This document shows positions 9,542 through 22,300 of a stretch of DNA of 64,000 nucleotides, in pieces (within the stretch, counting starts at the first letter, position 1; each line of letters opens with the position of its first letter). The notes beneath the pieces are model-generated. The model searched no databases. It was not told the DNA's origin and saw only the letters and a program-made list of their open reading frames with translations. This stretch comes from a virus. A program made the translations under genes and the position numbers. The stretch is taken from positions 2,848 through 66,847 of IMG/VR virus record IMGVR_UViG_3300023184_003926. One strand, 5' to 3'.

Positions 9542-10531
9542 TTAAGCAGAGACCGAAGCAACCACTGTGGGAGTTCCCCAGGAAATAGTGGTAAGATTGG
9601 TTGATTCTGGTGGGAAATAAGTTACAATAGTGCAGGGTGCTGTACCCGGGGTTGCACCAGTTGGTGCTGTACCGCCGGTGATTGGGTCAGTACCACCCAC
9701 AGGAGGTGTGTTGGTATCATTTGCACTCCAAGTTGTGGTGATTACTAATTGGGTTCCAGTTCCAGCTTTGGCAAGAGAAGTTTCGATATAATTAGTGGTG
9801 TAAGGTGCAGTGTCAGCAAACTGTTTGTACACAACGGTAGCCGCAGCAGCATCTACAAGAGCATCCCATCCGGTGGCAGTTGATAATGTAGTAGGGGTAC
9901 CTGTACCTCCAATTTTTGTAGTGCCAGTGTAGGCCACAGCAGCTATAGTATGACTAGTGGCCAATCCAGAAACATATATTACACCACACAATGTGCCAGC
10001 CAAGTCATTCCATTCTGCATCACCTGTTGCACCTGTTGATGTTTTAGATGTTTGAATTTTGATTGTTCCGCCAGCGTTGAAAAAATAATTGGCGGCTGCG
10101 GCACTGGTCCAGGTCACTGTGTTGGTAAACACCATGGTCCAAGCTGCACCTCCCGAAGTGCCTCGTCCTGCGGTGTAAGAGTTTGTGCCAGACCAACCAG
10201 TAAATTGAGTACCTTGGGCGTAAGCATTATAACGATTGGTAAAGACACTGCCAATGTCAGTGTTCACAGCACTCAGCACAGCAATGGTTGTTCCTGCTGT
10301 GGGAGCAGATCTTGCAGTGAGAGTGGTGTTGGTATGTGTTCCAAGCGAAGCAAGAGTGTTGACCAAACTGGCCCATTGTGTGGCAGTAACCGTGTCGGTT
10401 GTAGCCACAGTGGCCAGTGCTGGTTGGCCATACGCAGTGTTCAAAGTTGCATTGACGTTGGCCGCCACTGTGGTACTTACAAAACCATTGTAATCTACCG
10501 CTTGAATTGTTCCACCGCTTGAATATGTCAT
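9542..10531 (-). CDS. Virion structural protein (tail fibre/collar associated)
   Basis: Rich in Thr, Gly and Ala with beta-strand character; directly downstream of the tail fibre gene. Confidence 0.6.
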   Translation of the reverse strand: MTYSSGGTIQAVDYNGFVSTTVAANVNATLNTAYGQPALATVATTDTVTATQWASLVNTLASLGTHTNTTLTARSAPTAGTTIAVLSAVNTDIGSVFTNRYNAYAQGTQFTGWSGTNSYTAGRGTSGGAAWTMVFTNTVTWTSAAAANYFFNAGGTIKIQTSKTSTGATGDAEWNDLAGTLCGVIYVSGLATSHTIAAVAYTGTTKIGGTGTPTTLSTATGWDALVDAAAATVVYKQFADTAPYTTNYIETSLAKAGTGTQLVITTTWSANDTNTPPVGGTDPITGGTAPTGATPGTAPCTIVTYFPPESTNLTTISWGTPTVVASVSA

Positions 10532-10544
10532 TTCTGTTTCCTAA

Positions 10545-12560
10545 TTATTTCACGCTTACTGTTGCTTCGATTGTGCCCAGGTCACTAGAATCTTTGTTTT
10601 CTAATGCACGACCAATCACATTAAACATGGTAGCTTCTCCAGATTGCGCTGCTCTAGCAACACCGTTGCCTGCTGAAACTAATCTATCACCTTTTTGCAC
10701 TTGGCCAATTACTTTTACTGGCACACGTCCAGCTATGGCCACTGGGGGATGTGTATTGTCATCGCCTGCACCGCTGTTCATCATGTAAGCAGCCGACGTA
10801 CTTATCACTCCAAATACTGCATCGCTTAGATCGTGTTTTGATTGGGTAATTTCGTGTGTACCACCTAGATCCACAACTGTGCCAGGTTCCAATACCTCAT
10901 CGGCTGCGTAGCGTTCTGCCAAGTCAGCGTATAATGCTGTGGTTGCTGTGGCGAAGATTGTGTTGAATGCGGCACCACTTGCGCCAATATTGCCTGCACC
11001 AGTGGTACCAGTGTGTGTGATACTGTTGACACTTAGAACGCCAGTTGTACCAGTTGTAGTCATAGTAGCAGCACTGATTACCCCGGCTGTAATAATGTTA
11101 CCACCAGTTACGTTACCACTTGCGCTGACTGTTGTTGAATTGACCCCAGCAACATAGGCTTGATTAAACCAGCCGCCAGTTACTGCACCGATGTTACCAA
11201 CAATGTTGGATCCACCTTTTTCAATACCAGTAACATTGGCATTACCAGAAAAGTATGCTGAACTGGTAGTCAGTACCAGTACGTTGCTGGTGCCAGCAAC
11301 GTTGAAGTTGATGTTGCCGTCTGTGGCACCAATGTTGCCTTCTGTTGTACCATTAACAAATTTAGTTACGCTAACACCCAAGCTCAAGCCTGTGAGTTGT
11401 GATCCGTTGCCCAAGAAATATGTACCAAACACGTTGGCTTGTGATGTGACGTTGCCTGTAGCTGAAATTAATCCTACTGTACGCAGGTTGCCACCTTGCA
11501 CATTGGCTGTGGCACTTAATGTTGCACCTTGCACCAGGGCAGCAGTGATAATATTACCACCAGTTACGTTGGCTGTGGCAGATACCAATCCGCCTGTGAG
11601 CAAATTGCCACCTGTGGTATTACCTGTTACGTTTAGTGTGGTACCTATTGTGGCAGCATTGGCTATGGCAAATGTACCATTACTACCTAATGCTCTTGCA
11701 ACGTTGTAAAGGGTGCCAGCAACGTTGGCTTGAATGATCAAGTTACCACCTGAGATTGCACTCAAGACATTGGCATCAGTGCTAGATGTGTTAACGTTGT
11801 ACACGTTGCTAACACCCACAAACATACCTGTGTTATTTTGAACACGTAAGATACCTGTGGTAGAAGTATTGGTATCACTGCGCATGAATTGTGAACTATC
11901 CAGGCTGTCCAACAACTGTGAATTTGTAGCTGAGCCAGCAAACACTGCACCTGACACAGACAAGCTCAGTGTCAATCCTGGATAGATTGTGGGGAACGCT
12001 GCTTGCAATGATGCTTGTGGGGTGAAGCTGGCACCATCAAAAACTATGCCCACACGCACATTGTTCACATACAAGCTGGTGATGTATTTTGTGGCACCAA
12101 CGTTGTTTAAAATTGTTTCGGGAATAGCACCACTTGTGCCTTGTGCGCTGGTATAACCAGGCCCCACAACCAGCCAAGCAGCGCCAGTATATACTTTTAA
12201 TTGTTGATTTGAACTGTCAAACCACAAGTCACCTGCAACCACAGTTGTTGTGGGTGCGCTGGCCGATGAGGTTGATCCGGTGATGGTTTTAAACCCTGTG
12301 CCGCTATAGACTTTCATCAAATTGTTGGTTTTATCCCACCAAAGCTGCCCAGTCAATGGCGATGACGGTGCAACAGTATTTGATCCACTTTCCAGCAAGT
12401 GAACAAAGTTTTCGTCCAAAAACTCACCGTATCCAGCATAGTTTTTACCCACCAAAGTGACCAAGGGTACACTGGGTGTGCCGCTTGCAATTTGATTGAT
12501 TGTGCCATCAGCAATGGTAGCAAAAACTGTGCCGTCTGTTAGATTGATTGTATATGCCAT
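10545..12560 (-). CDS. Tail fibre protein with C-terminal intramolecular chaperone-like domain
   Basis: N-terminal baseplate-attachment-like motifs (GQLWWD, GDLWFD); SATANVTGGN-type shaft repeats; C-terminal YADLAERY...GVIST...AGRVPVKV...KGDRLVS. Confidence 0.75.
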   Translation of the reverse strand: MAYTINLTDGTVFATIADGTINQIASGTPSVPLVTLVGKNYAGYGEFLDENFVHLLESGSNTVAPSSPLTGQLWWDKTNNLMKVYSGTGFKTITGSTSSASAPTTTVVAGDLWFDSSNQQLKVYTGAAWLVVGPGYTSAQGTSGAIPETILNNVGATKYITSLYVNNVRVGIVFDGASFTPQASLQAAFPTIYPGLTLSLSVSGAVFAGSATNSQLLDSLDSSQFMRSDTNTSTTGILRVQNNTGMFVGVSNVYNVNTSSTDANVLSAISGGNLIIQANVAGTLYNVARALGSNGTFAIANAATIGTTLNVTGNTTGGNLLTGGLVSATANVTGGNIITAALVQGATLSATANVQGGNLRTVGLISATGNVTSQANVFGTYFLGNGSQLTGLSLGVSVTKFVNGTTEGNIGATDGNINFNVAGTSNVLVLTTSSAYFSGNANVTGIEKGGSNIVGNIGAVTGGWFNQAYVAGVNSTTVSASGNVTGGNIITAGVISAATMTTTGTTGVLSVNSITHTGTTGAGNIGASGAAFNTIFATATTALYADLAERYAADEVLEPGTVVDLGGTHEITQSKHDLSDAVFGVISTSAAYMMNSGAGDDNTHPPVAIAGRVPVKVIGQVQKGDRLVSAGNGVARAAQSGEATMFNVIGRALENKDSSDLGTIEATVSVK

Positions 12561-12581
12561 GTCAAAGGTTCCTAGTTGCTA

Positions 12582-12589
12582 TATTTATA
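12582..12589 (-). promoter_or_regulatory. T4-type late promoter TATAAATA
   Basis: Exact T4 gp55 consensus, 21 nt upstream of the tail fibre ATG. Confidence 0.7.
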
Positions 12590-13193
12590 CAGCATTTATG
12601 TTACTCAGCGTCTGTATGCGCAGGGTGTAATCAATTTGAATCTGTCGATTCAAACTCTTTTGTACTGGGTGAAAAATCACGTGAGTAATCAGGCGTAGAT
12701 TGTCCACTGCGCCATTCCAAACTTTTAACCCTAGCTCATCAAATACATATTCACCATTGAAATTGGTTGAATTGTCAAAGGCTTGTTGTTCAGGTGGCTC
12801 GCCGTAGTCCAGCAAACAAGTCACAAGAATATCACTGTAAACATTGCCACTGGTGTGCAGTGGGGTCATTTTGTTGTTTTCAGGGTCAGTATCAGCTGCC
12901 GAATTATCATCAACTACTTTGGTATAAGTTTGATTGTACAAGTCAGCATTTTGTCCAATTGTGTTAGGGGGCAAGTACGTAATAACACCTGTGGGGTCTA
13001 CCGAACTGCCGCCGTTGCCAAACGCCATGAGATAGATATATCCCAGATTGCGATTACTCAGTGTTTGCGCCATGGCCAAACTGATGTTTTCATAGTGAAT
13101 TGCGTTCTTTTTGTCCACAAGAATTTCACCGGAGTTGGGATCATGTATCTTGACAAATCCTTCAATTTTGCACAGTCCAGGCTGAATAATCAT
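12585..13193 (-). CDS. Putative baseplate/tail structural protein
   Basis: MAFGNGG...FDELGL...HVIFHPVQKSLNRQIQIDYTL; located in the tail operon. Confidence 0.6.
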   Translation of the reverse strand: MIIQPGLCKIEGFVKIHDPNSGEILVDKKNAIHYENISLAMAQTLSNRNLGYIYLMAFGNGGSSVDPTGVITYLPPNTIGQNADLYNQTYTKVVDDNSAADTDPENNKMTPLHTSGNVYSDILVTCLLDYGEPPEQQAFDNSTNFNGEYVFDELGLKVWNGAVDNLRLITHVIFHPVQKSLNRQIQIDYTLRIQTLSNINAV

Positions 13194-13342
13194 GCTCGTC
13201 CCTCCACATAAGTTTTCTGGGTTTTTGGATCAAAAATTCGCATGTGCGCTTGCACACTGATTGATCCAGTTTCGTTGGGGCGGCGAGGTTGCGCTGCTGT
13301 TTTTTGAGTCTCTGTTGACTGTTTTGATGCTGAGTTTGCCAT
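13190..13342 (-). CDS. Small 50-aa protein missed by the ORF track
   Basis: MANSASKQSTETQKTAAQPRRPNETGSISVQAHMRIFDPKTQKTYVEGRA*. It has its own late-promoter box and an ATGA overlap with the next gene. Confidence 0.7.
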   Translation of the reverse strand: MANSASKQSTETQKTAAQPRRPNETGSISVQAHMRIFDPKTQKTYVEGRA

Positions 13343-13349
13343 GGTCTTT

Positions 13350-13357
13350 TATTTATC
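13350..13357 (-). promoter_or_regulatory. Late promoter-like box GATAAATA
   Basis: TAAATA core 7 nt before ATG 13342. Confidence 0.55.
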
Positions 13358-13361
13358 CGTG

Positions 13362-16300
13362 TTATCTGTCACATAGAAACCTTGCGGCCACTGTTTCAGT
13401 TTCTTGCAGTGCCACACCATCGCTGGCTGTGTTGATGCCTGGTTGATACCAACTCAGTCCACGACGTTGCAGAATAGTAACTTCACTGCCGGCTGCTGGA
13501 GCCTGATACGTGCCATCAATAATAAACTCTATGGCCAATGGGCCAAAATCAGTCACAATATAACGATATTCAGAGTTGCCTGCGGTTTCACTGTAATTGT
13601 ATTGACGTATTCCGCCCACATAAACTTCAATGCTTTCTACATAGGCTGTACTTGAATCACCAAATTCAGATATGTTAATATTTGGTGCATAGAATATTGC
13701 GGTGGTACCGTCGCCCATGCCGGTGTCTTTTACCACGTAGTTTTGATATGTGGTATTCAGTAGGTTTCCAATACCAATATCATAAACAGTTGCACCAACA
13801 TTGTGACTTGCGGCAGCTGTTCCGGCTGTGCCACGTTGTAGTCCAGAAACAGTGTTGAGTGCAGTGTCTCGGTTGCGGTACATGATACGCTCACCATCAA
13901 TGGTAATAATACCAAAGATACCTGCTGGTAAATCAGGTTGACTTAAATTGTTAGCGTCAACCACATAAATTACATCTGCTGTAGAACTGACTGCTTGTGC
14001 CAATGTAGTGGTAGTTGACGCAGTCATTCTGTAAGTGGCTTGTACTCCACGCATGTCCTGGAATATACGGAATGCCACTGCCTCAGGTACAATACTTTCT
14101 GTAAATTCTGTCACAGCCACGATTGATCCTGGGTTAATTGCGCCGCCGGCCAATATTAAATATTGCCCTTGTACAGTGTAGTCTGAACCTTCAAACAACC
14201 GATAACCATCTAAAGTAACCCACAGTCTGTTGGCATCAATACCTGTGCGTTGCAGATCAAAATCATTGATAGCAACAGCAGTGCCAATGGTGTAATCATA
14301 CGCACCTGGAGCATAGTCTATGGACCCACTGTCATAGTTGGTACTGTCATATGGCTCATTAATAGTCAGTCCACTTTGCACTGGACCATTAAACACCAAA
14401 GTTAATATGTTTTGTTGTGTGGTGTCGTTCCAAGTTATGGCGCTGATACTATCCCCAATATTGACATTGGAAATAATTTGCAGCTGGTCACCAGTTATTG
14501 CATACCCGGCCTCAGTGGCAACTGATATCAAAATTATTGCACCAGCTGCTGGTGCTGTATTAAACACCACCTGACGTCCGGGAACATTGCTGCCATCCCA
14601 GTTTGTGACACTGTAATTTCCAATTATTGCGCCAACACTTTGTACCTGCAATACACTATCAACCCACACGGTGATGTCTGCCGGAGCATCAATAATATCT
14701 TGATCAAATCCAGTGCGTTGTGGCAGTCCAAAACTGACACTGCTGTCATCACCAATCCACTCAATCCCGGCATAGGGGCGCAATCTCAGTCCATTTTGCA
14801 TTACAATTATATTAGCAGGGTTGGTACCTTGCAAACTAGCAGTCAGTGTAAATGTTTTTGTACCGTAAGTGTTGTTGTCTACAACAAAGTTTTCTACAAT
14901 TGGCGTACTCCAGCTGGTAAAATCAGTTGGTGTGAACTTGGCAGTTAGTTCACCAATCCAGGTGGCGCTGTCAGTTAGCAATGCTACAGGAATTCCAGAA
15001 CCCAAGGTCTCTTCAATGGTAAAATTAGCACCGTTAATAACACTCAGTACGTAGTACGTGATACCAGTCTCAATTCCGCCCACTGAGCTGCCTGAGAACG
15101 ACACTGCTTGTCCCACACTAAACGAGCTACTACCTTGGATGGTAATTGCATTTGTGCCAGTTGTGGTGTTGGTTACTGCTAGTGATAGACCAATACCCAA
15201 AGCGGTTAAACTAACTCCATCACCTACGTTAACAGTTTGTGCAAATGTTACTTTGGTATTCAGTGTGGGGACGTATGGTAACCAATATGTAGTATTGTTT
15301 AAAAATATTCCAGGAATCACTGCCTGTATGGCACGATAATATGTTCCAGTAGGCGAACCAGTCATTGACCCTGAGGCATTTGTTAGTGCAAATACAGTGT
15401 CTGATCCAGCAACATCAGTGATAAAGAATTGTGTAGAATTAGCAATACTAAACACATAATAAGTGGTGCCGGCTACAATACCACCAAACACAGTTCCAGA
15501 GAACACAATAGGCTGCCCAATTACCAACGCACTGGTGTTATCACAGCTGATAGTGCTATAGACTGCACTAGTAGCGGTACAAGTAATTGCATAGTTATTG
15601 TACACAATATCCATGACTGCATACGAGTTGTTTAAATTCCAAGCAATGGATTCAGAGTATGGGCGATATGTAGGCTGTGCTTGGTATTCACCGTTTTGAA
15701 ACACCGGAATTTCAATGATTTCTTTGTAGTTGACCGGTATGATTACTGAATTATCACCACTGTCAACAATGTCTTGGCCAACATAGTTTTCACGATACAG
15801 TTGACTGCCGCCACCAAGTTCGTACACTGTGATATTGATAATTTGTTGATCGGTTATACCATTTACAATTTCAACCTGTTGTGTGCTCCAATTTATAAAA
15901 TAATTAACGTTAATTACCAACTCTGTACCAGAACTGAGGTTGGCCACTAAAACTTGTACAGGACGGTTGACCACGCCGGCCCAACTGTATAGTTGAGTAA
16001 TAGCAGGTTCATAAGTGTAGTTGATTGATGAGATTTGGAATCCATGTCCGTTGTTGGACCAATCAGCTCCGGGTCTTGTGTAAACACGCATGTCCAGTGT
16101 GTCATATTCGCTGCCGTTTACTAGTTCTTCAGGAGCATGACCTTCGTATGGTCCAATAAATTCACCGCCGTCAACGTTGATATCTGAAAATCGTTGTCCA
16201 AGATAAATGTCCGCAAACTCACTTTGATAATTGGCATCTAGAGTTATATTGCCAGCAAAGTAATCGCCCCAAACTTGTACCCCAGGATAATCAACGCCGT

Positions 16301-19300
16301 CCACCAACAGTGGTAGTTCAAGTCCTGGCTCATTGATACCTGGCACATACAAGCCCATAGTACGGTCAACACCAGTTAAACCAGTGGGATACGTAGCCCC
16401 AGGATAGGTATATGTGGCAGCATCAACTGGCACCCAATTTTCAATATCAAAAGTAGGACCAACCACTGCGCTGCTGCCATCAGCATTGAGGGCCGACCAC
16501 ACCCGATCATCATAACGTACTAGGGTACCATTTTCGTATGTACCGTTACTACTCCAAGTTTGAACTGACGTCTGATATTGGTACCGGTCATAGCGAATCA
16601 CTGTGCGGAATTGACGAATAACATCATTGGTCATTCTAGGATAAGCCACAGCGCCCGATCCTGCCCCGCCACCTCCTTCAATAGTGACTGTGGGAGTAGC
16701 AGTGTATCCACGACCTGCGTATGTGACATTTATGGCCACAACTGCCCCCAAACTGTTCAATACCGACACTGCCTGTGCGGGTTCAATGGCTGTACCGGTA
16801 AACACTACCAAGGGAGGTTCTGTATAGCCAGACCCACCGGCCACCAAAGCCACACTATCCAGACTCAATGTGTAATTCTCAAACCACTGGCTGTACGGCC
16901 AACTGGTCCATACTGTGCTGTCGCTAGGCAAATCACTTTGATTGTTGGTACTTGATCCCACTGCTGTGCTATGATTATAAGGCAACAATACAGGACTGGT
17001 GTAGCCGGGAATGGCAAGATCAGTGTTATAGTATGCTGGCAAATCAAAGTCAGTCATATCACCAAACCACTCGTTGAAACCATTGTATATCAAATTAAAT
17101 GCCTTGACTTGCACATGATATGGTTTGACTTCTTGAATGTAGTCCAGCACAAACTCTTGGTTGTCTCGGCTGTAGTTCTGGAATGGCAACAAACTGCGAA
17201 TTCTATGCTCAACATCAATCAAACTAGTTTTAATAATCCAGCCTGGTGCAGAGAACTCGCTGAGCACAAAGTTAAACATCAATGTGAGTTGACGGTTACG
17301 TTCAATTTGCAATTCATCAATAAAAATTTCTGCGTTTATTGCTTGAATGATTCGTCGAGTTTCAATCACGGGCTCTTGGTCAAAATATTGTGCATCAAAC
17401 ACTTCAACATCAAATCCAAAACGTCCCAGGGCGTAATCCCACAACTCAGCAGAAAATTCAATAGTACCATCTTCCAGTCCCACACGATCCCAGCCAGTAA
17501 GTGTACGAATATAAATTTCGTATTTGCCTTGCGCATTGGCTGTGACCTTGACACTGCTGCCTATTGGTACATCAATAAATCCCAACCCAGCATAGTTTAC
17601 AACTTCGGCCACAATCTGTGCGCTGGTGTTGTATCCAGGCAGGTACCAGTTGATATAACTCCAGTATTGACGAGTGTCGTAGTTTTGTACTTTGTTCAAT
17701 GTTAGTGATCTAATAACACCAGCTGACGTTGATGTGGTGCCTACTGAGTAAATGGTCCAAAGGCCACGATTACGACTGTCTGAATCTACCAAATATTTGT
17801 ATCCAACTGGTACTGCATACAAGTCCTGAAATCCTAAAATTTCCAAGTTGGCCACACGTTTGTCCCATTCACCAGATGTTGCACTGGGCTCAGGTTCTCT
17901 GCTGTTGAGCAGCACAAAAGTGCGATTTTCAGCTATGGGGTAACGAGCCATTACTGTGTTGGCTCGAACAAGATAGTTTTTTAATGCTGCAAATCTGTCC
18001 ACAAACATACTCTGGCGAGGACGGAATTGCACGCCATATCGTTCTGCTGGGCTGAGATTGATGTCGGGTACTAAGTTACCTGCTGTGTCAACACCACAAA
18101 AACTGTCTTGTAATTTACGATATAAATTGTTGCTGATCCACCCATCTGCTTTGTCTTGTGGAACCAACTCATATTCAACGTGAACATTGTCGTTTGTGAG
18201 TTCACGATCAAACTCAATGCTGATAATAGTATCTTCGGCTATGATATAATCTAATGCATTGTACAAGGCAATGGTGCTGGCATTGATTGGTGCAATATAA
18301 GCAATACCGCTGGCACGTGGGTCTGCGATGTAATTGGCCACTGTGCTGACTGGCAGTGTTTTGCCTTTTTGTGTAGCAGTTGTAGTAATACCGCGCACCC
18401 AGAAATAGTATTGTGTTTCAAATATTCCAGTCTGTGTGAGCACAGTATTGATTACGTAACTTAATGTATCTCTAGGAATACCTTCGCCAATATAAGTTGC
18501 AGGGGGAGTAGTACTCACAATCCATTGATACACATCCACTGTACTGCCCGGGAACAACTGTCCCCAACGTCGGCTGGCATACACAATGTCATCTTGATTG
18601 GGATCAATAAATCTCACCGTACTAGTATCCCACCAAGTTTCTCCCACTCGGCTAGCACCCCATGTTGTTCCTAGGATGTTGGTTGGACCAACGTTGTAGT
18701 TGGCAGGGTCTACTGCACCAATATAGTCTAAGTTTTGTCGAGCAGCACCAAGGATCTTTCCTTGCAGTGGATCAAAGAAATCAAAGTATGTGGCAGTGGC
18801 CGAAGTAATTCTATCATATGCATAAACAGAATTTAACAATCTAACATCTACTACTGGTTGTTCAACAGTGAGCACAGTCCAAGCCGGAACACGATTGGGA
18901 TTCTCACTCACAAACACACGGCCATAGTTGGCGCTCATTGTACTATCGTCTAATTCGTTGCCTGGTGCGCCAGACAACAACACGCCACTGGCGTAACTTA
19001 CAGAGGTACCGTATTGGTCATATGGTGAAATATCAGTGTTGACAATTTGTTGACCAAACACAAACTTGTCAGGATTGCTGAGTGTGCTGGTAGAACTTGG
19101 CAGCAGGTCATATGTGTACACTGTGCCACTCTGGAACAATAAATCAAAGAACTCTGTAGCACCAGCGTCCCACAAAGCTGTGTAGTTATCAAAATCTGTG
19201 GGAATGTACATTGTGCCATTTGGTGCACCAACCACAAGATTCACTGCTGAATCATCAATGCTGAGGCTGGCGCCAAATTGTGCATAAGTCTGTGGATAAG

Positions 19301-22300
19301 GGCTGAGAATAGTTTGTGTGTATACAAAAGTATCAAAGCCAATGTCATCAAAAGTTGTGCCAACTGAGCCGGGGGCAACTTGCAGTTTGTTGCCTACTGC
19401 TGCGGCTGCTGAATTTTTAACTGCCAAGGTCAAATAACCTGTGGCACTCACTATAGCGTCTACATTGGGTACTGCGGCATTAATGGCTGCAGCCAGTCCA
19501 GCAAGATTTTGATTGGGCGAATTGGGCACTGCAACATCAATGTCATTGATGCGAATTGTGTCTCCATTGTCAAGTGTGTTTATGAACTGGTATTGTATTC
19601 TCCCATTCACAGTGCCAGTGTTTTGATACATGCCTGGCGTAAAACTTGGACTGTAATCAGCCAGTGGATTTTGTGTGCCTTGGTAAGTGTACAAACTTGT
19701 TATAATACCATAAGCTCTGCTTTGGTTGATGTTGCGCTCTACGATACCACCATGAAACTGTTGTACACTGCTGTTGGGTGCGCCAACATATAAACTACAA
19801 TTATAACTGCAGAGATCAACAGCTTGTCCAAAGTGAGCAGCGTCTTCTGCTGTGCTTTGTGCAACTTGTTGTACTTGTGCAAATTGATTAGTTTCAATTT
19901 CAACAATGTCACCAACTTGTAGATCAGCATTGATTGTGACAGTGTTACCTGATACGGTGAACGTATTGGCAGCACCAAGTACGGTGCATTCTTCGTTGAT
20001 CAAGAATGTGCCGTTGACCAACACACTAACTGGTTCAGTAACACTGCCCAGCACAGTGAAACTCACACTGCTAGGATCAGTTCCGTAGATGAACTTTTGT
20101 ACATTGCGATCAAACACGTACACAGATCCTGCACCAATTTTGCTGTCTTGTGTGCTGTATGGTGTGCCAATCAGCACTTGACGTCCATCAGTGCTGGTAC
20201 TAACCGAATAGCCAAACTGATCTGTGGCGCCTAGCCCTGCCGCAGTGATGGTGTTTACATATTCAAAATAGCCCTCAGCACGTATAAGAATACTTGTGCC
20301 ACGTGCAGGACTGTTGACAAATGTAAGATTTTGCGTTATGTTGCTGAATGTATAATCAATATTGGGACGTTGTAGCACATCATTGACCAACACTGAGAAA
20401 CTGTAGATGCTTGTGGCAGTAAAGAAATATTCATTTAAACTGAATACATTGGTCAACACTGTGGGTGCATAGTATGTTGAGAACCCTGTGATGCCCCCAG
20501 TTCCGTTGATGCTGGTAATGGTCAACACAATGCTGCCATTGATTGCTGCGCCACCAAACTTGACGTAGCCAATTGTGACTGTGTTGCCCACTGCATATCC
20601 TGAACCTGGGGTGCTGACTGCCACCAAGCCCACAGTGGCTGCTGGCGCATTGCCTTGGCCAACTTCATCGCGTTGGCGTATAATAGTGAATTCAGCGTTG
20701 ATGCCACTGCTACTGGTACTGGTCTGTGTAACATTGTAATAGACACCATAGTCCATGAGCTTGCGGCTAGTGCGTTTGATTTGAATTGCAACACCTTCTA
20801 CTGGCGCTGTGGCAAATGTCAATTCAGTAAACGAGCCGTTGACTGTGTAGTCAATATTCAATGTTTGATCAGCACCGCCTACTAGCACTTCTAACTGCGT
20901 GGCTTCGTCAATTTGTATAATATCAGCAATACCGTAAACTTTGGTGGTGCCGTCACCATACAAGTTAATCACTTGATTTTCCCAGTCTACACGGCCATAC
21001 GCATATACCTTGTTCACAGCAGGTGCGCCAATGTACATCCAGCGCTCGTCCAGGCTCATGGCCACAGAATAGCCAAACTTGCCTTGATCAACACTGACGC
21101 TGTCTGGTGTGGTCAACAACTGCCATTGTCCGTAAGGAACAGTGTCGGGTGTGCTGAGGTCGGGTGCCAAATAAATCACACAGGCGTACCCATTGTCAGC
21201 TTGTGCCAACGATCCCAAACTGTTGGGAGCGCCTGCAACTGCCCAGGCTCGGTTACCAAAGTCTACACTTGATCCGTAACCTCTAGTGGCAGGTTTTCCA
21301 TTCTCTGCGCCACCACTGGCATCAAGAACATCCAGGGTCAACACAGCATCACCAGCCACAAGTGGGCTGATTGGGATGTACTGGTCAGATGTTGAACTCT
21401 TGACATACACATATACCCCACCTTTTCTGGGTAGTGAGCTCAGTGAATATGGAGTCCAGTATGCTGTATTAAAAATATTCACGCCTTGTGACACAGGTTG
21501 TGATGCTTGGAAAAACTCTGTTTGATAAGGGTCTACAATATAAACAATGTCATTGACAGCATAATCGTCGGCTACATTCCACAATGTGGCGCCTGCGGGG
21601 AATCTAAAACGTGGGCTGCCAACCAGGGCAGCAAACTTGTCTCTTGCTTGGGCGACACTGCTTCCGTATTGTTGATCAACGTCAGTTAGCACAGGTGCCA
21701 ACTCAGTTAACTGTGTGAACACTTCTTCTTTTTGTATGGTTTCCCACAAACCGTCACCATTATCATCAACCCAAACTTTGGCTCCAGGTTGCAAGGTATT
21801 GGCATACGTTAAATTTAATACGTCACTGGCCTGTGCCACACGTTGTGTGGCCAGGGTAAATCCAATACCAGTGCCATCAACTACTGTTCTGCTGCCAGTG
21901 AAACTAAAAGCAATTAATATTGTGTCTAAACTTACTATGCTGAGAACATCATACACACCATTGACTTCGGCATCAAAGAATTTGATAATCAGTTTGTCAT
22001 TAACACTCAATCCATGTTGTTGGCTGAATATCACCCGACTGGTGCCATCTAGGTTGTCACAAACGTGTGCAATGATGCCCGGCACGGCTGCTGCTCGATA
22101 AATGTTCCAATCATATGCATTGGTTTTTGCCACCCAAATTGTAGTTCCCACATTGATATCATCAATGTTTGCTGCCAAACTGTCAGGATTGTTGATATCA
22201 AACACAGTGATATCAACATCATTGATATTGACATAGCCTGCTGTGGGCAAGGCAATATCTGTGGGCAATGTTGTAGTTGTAGGCAATATGTCAGGTGACG

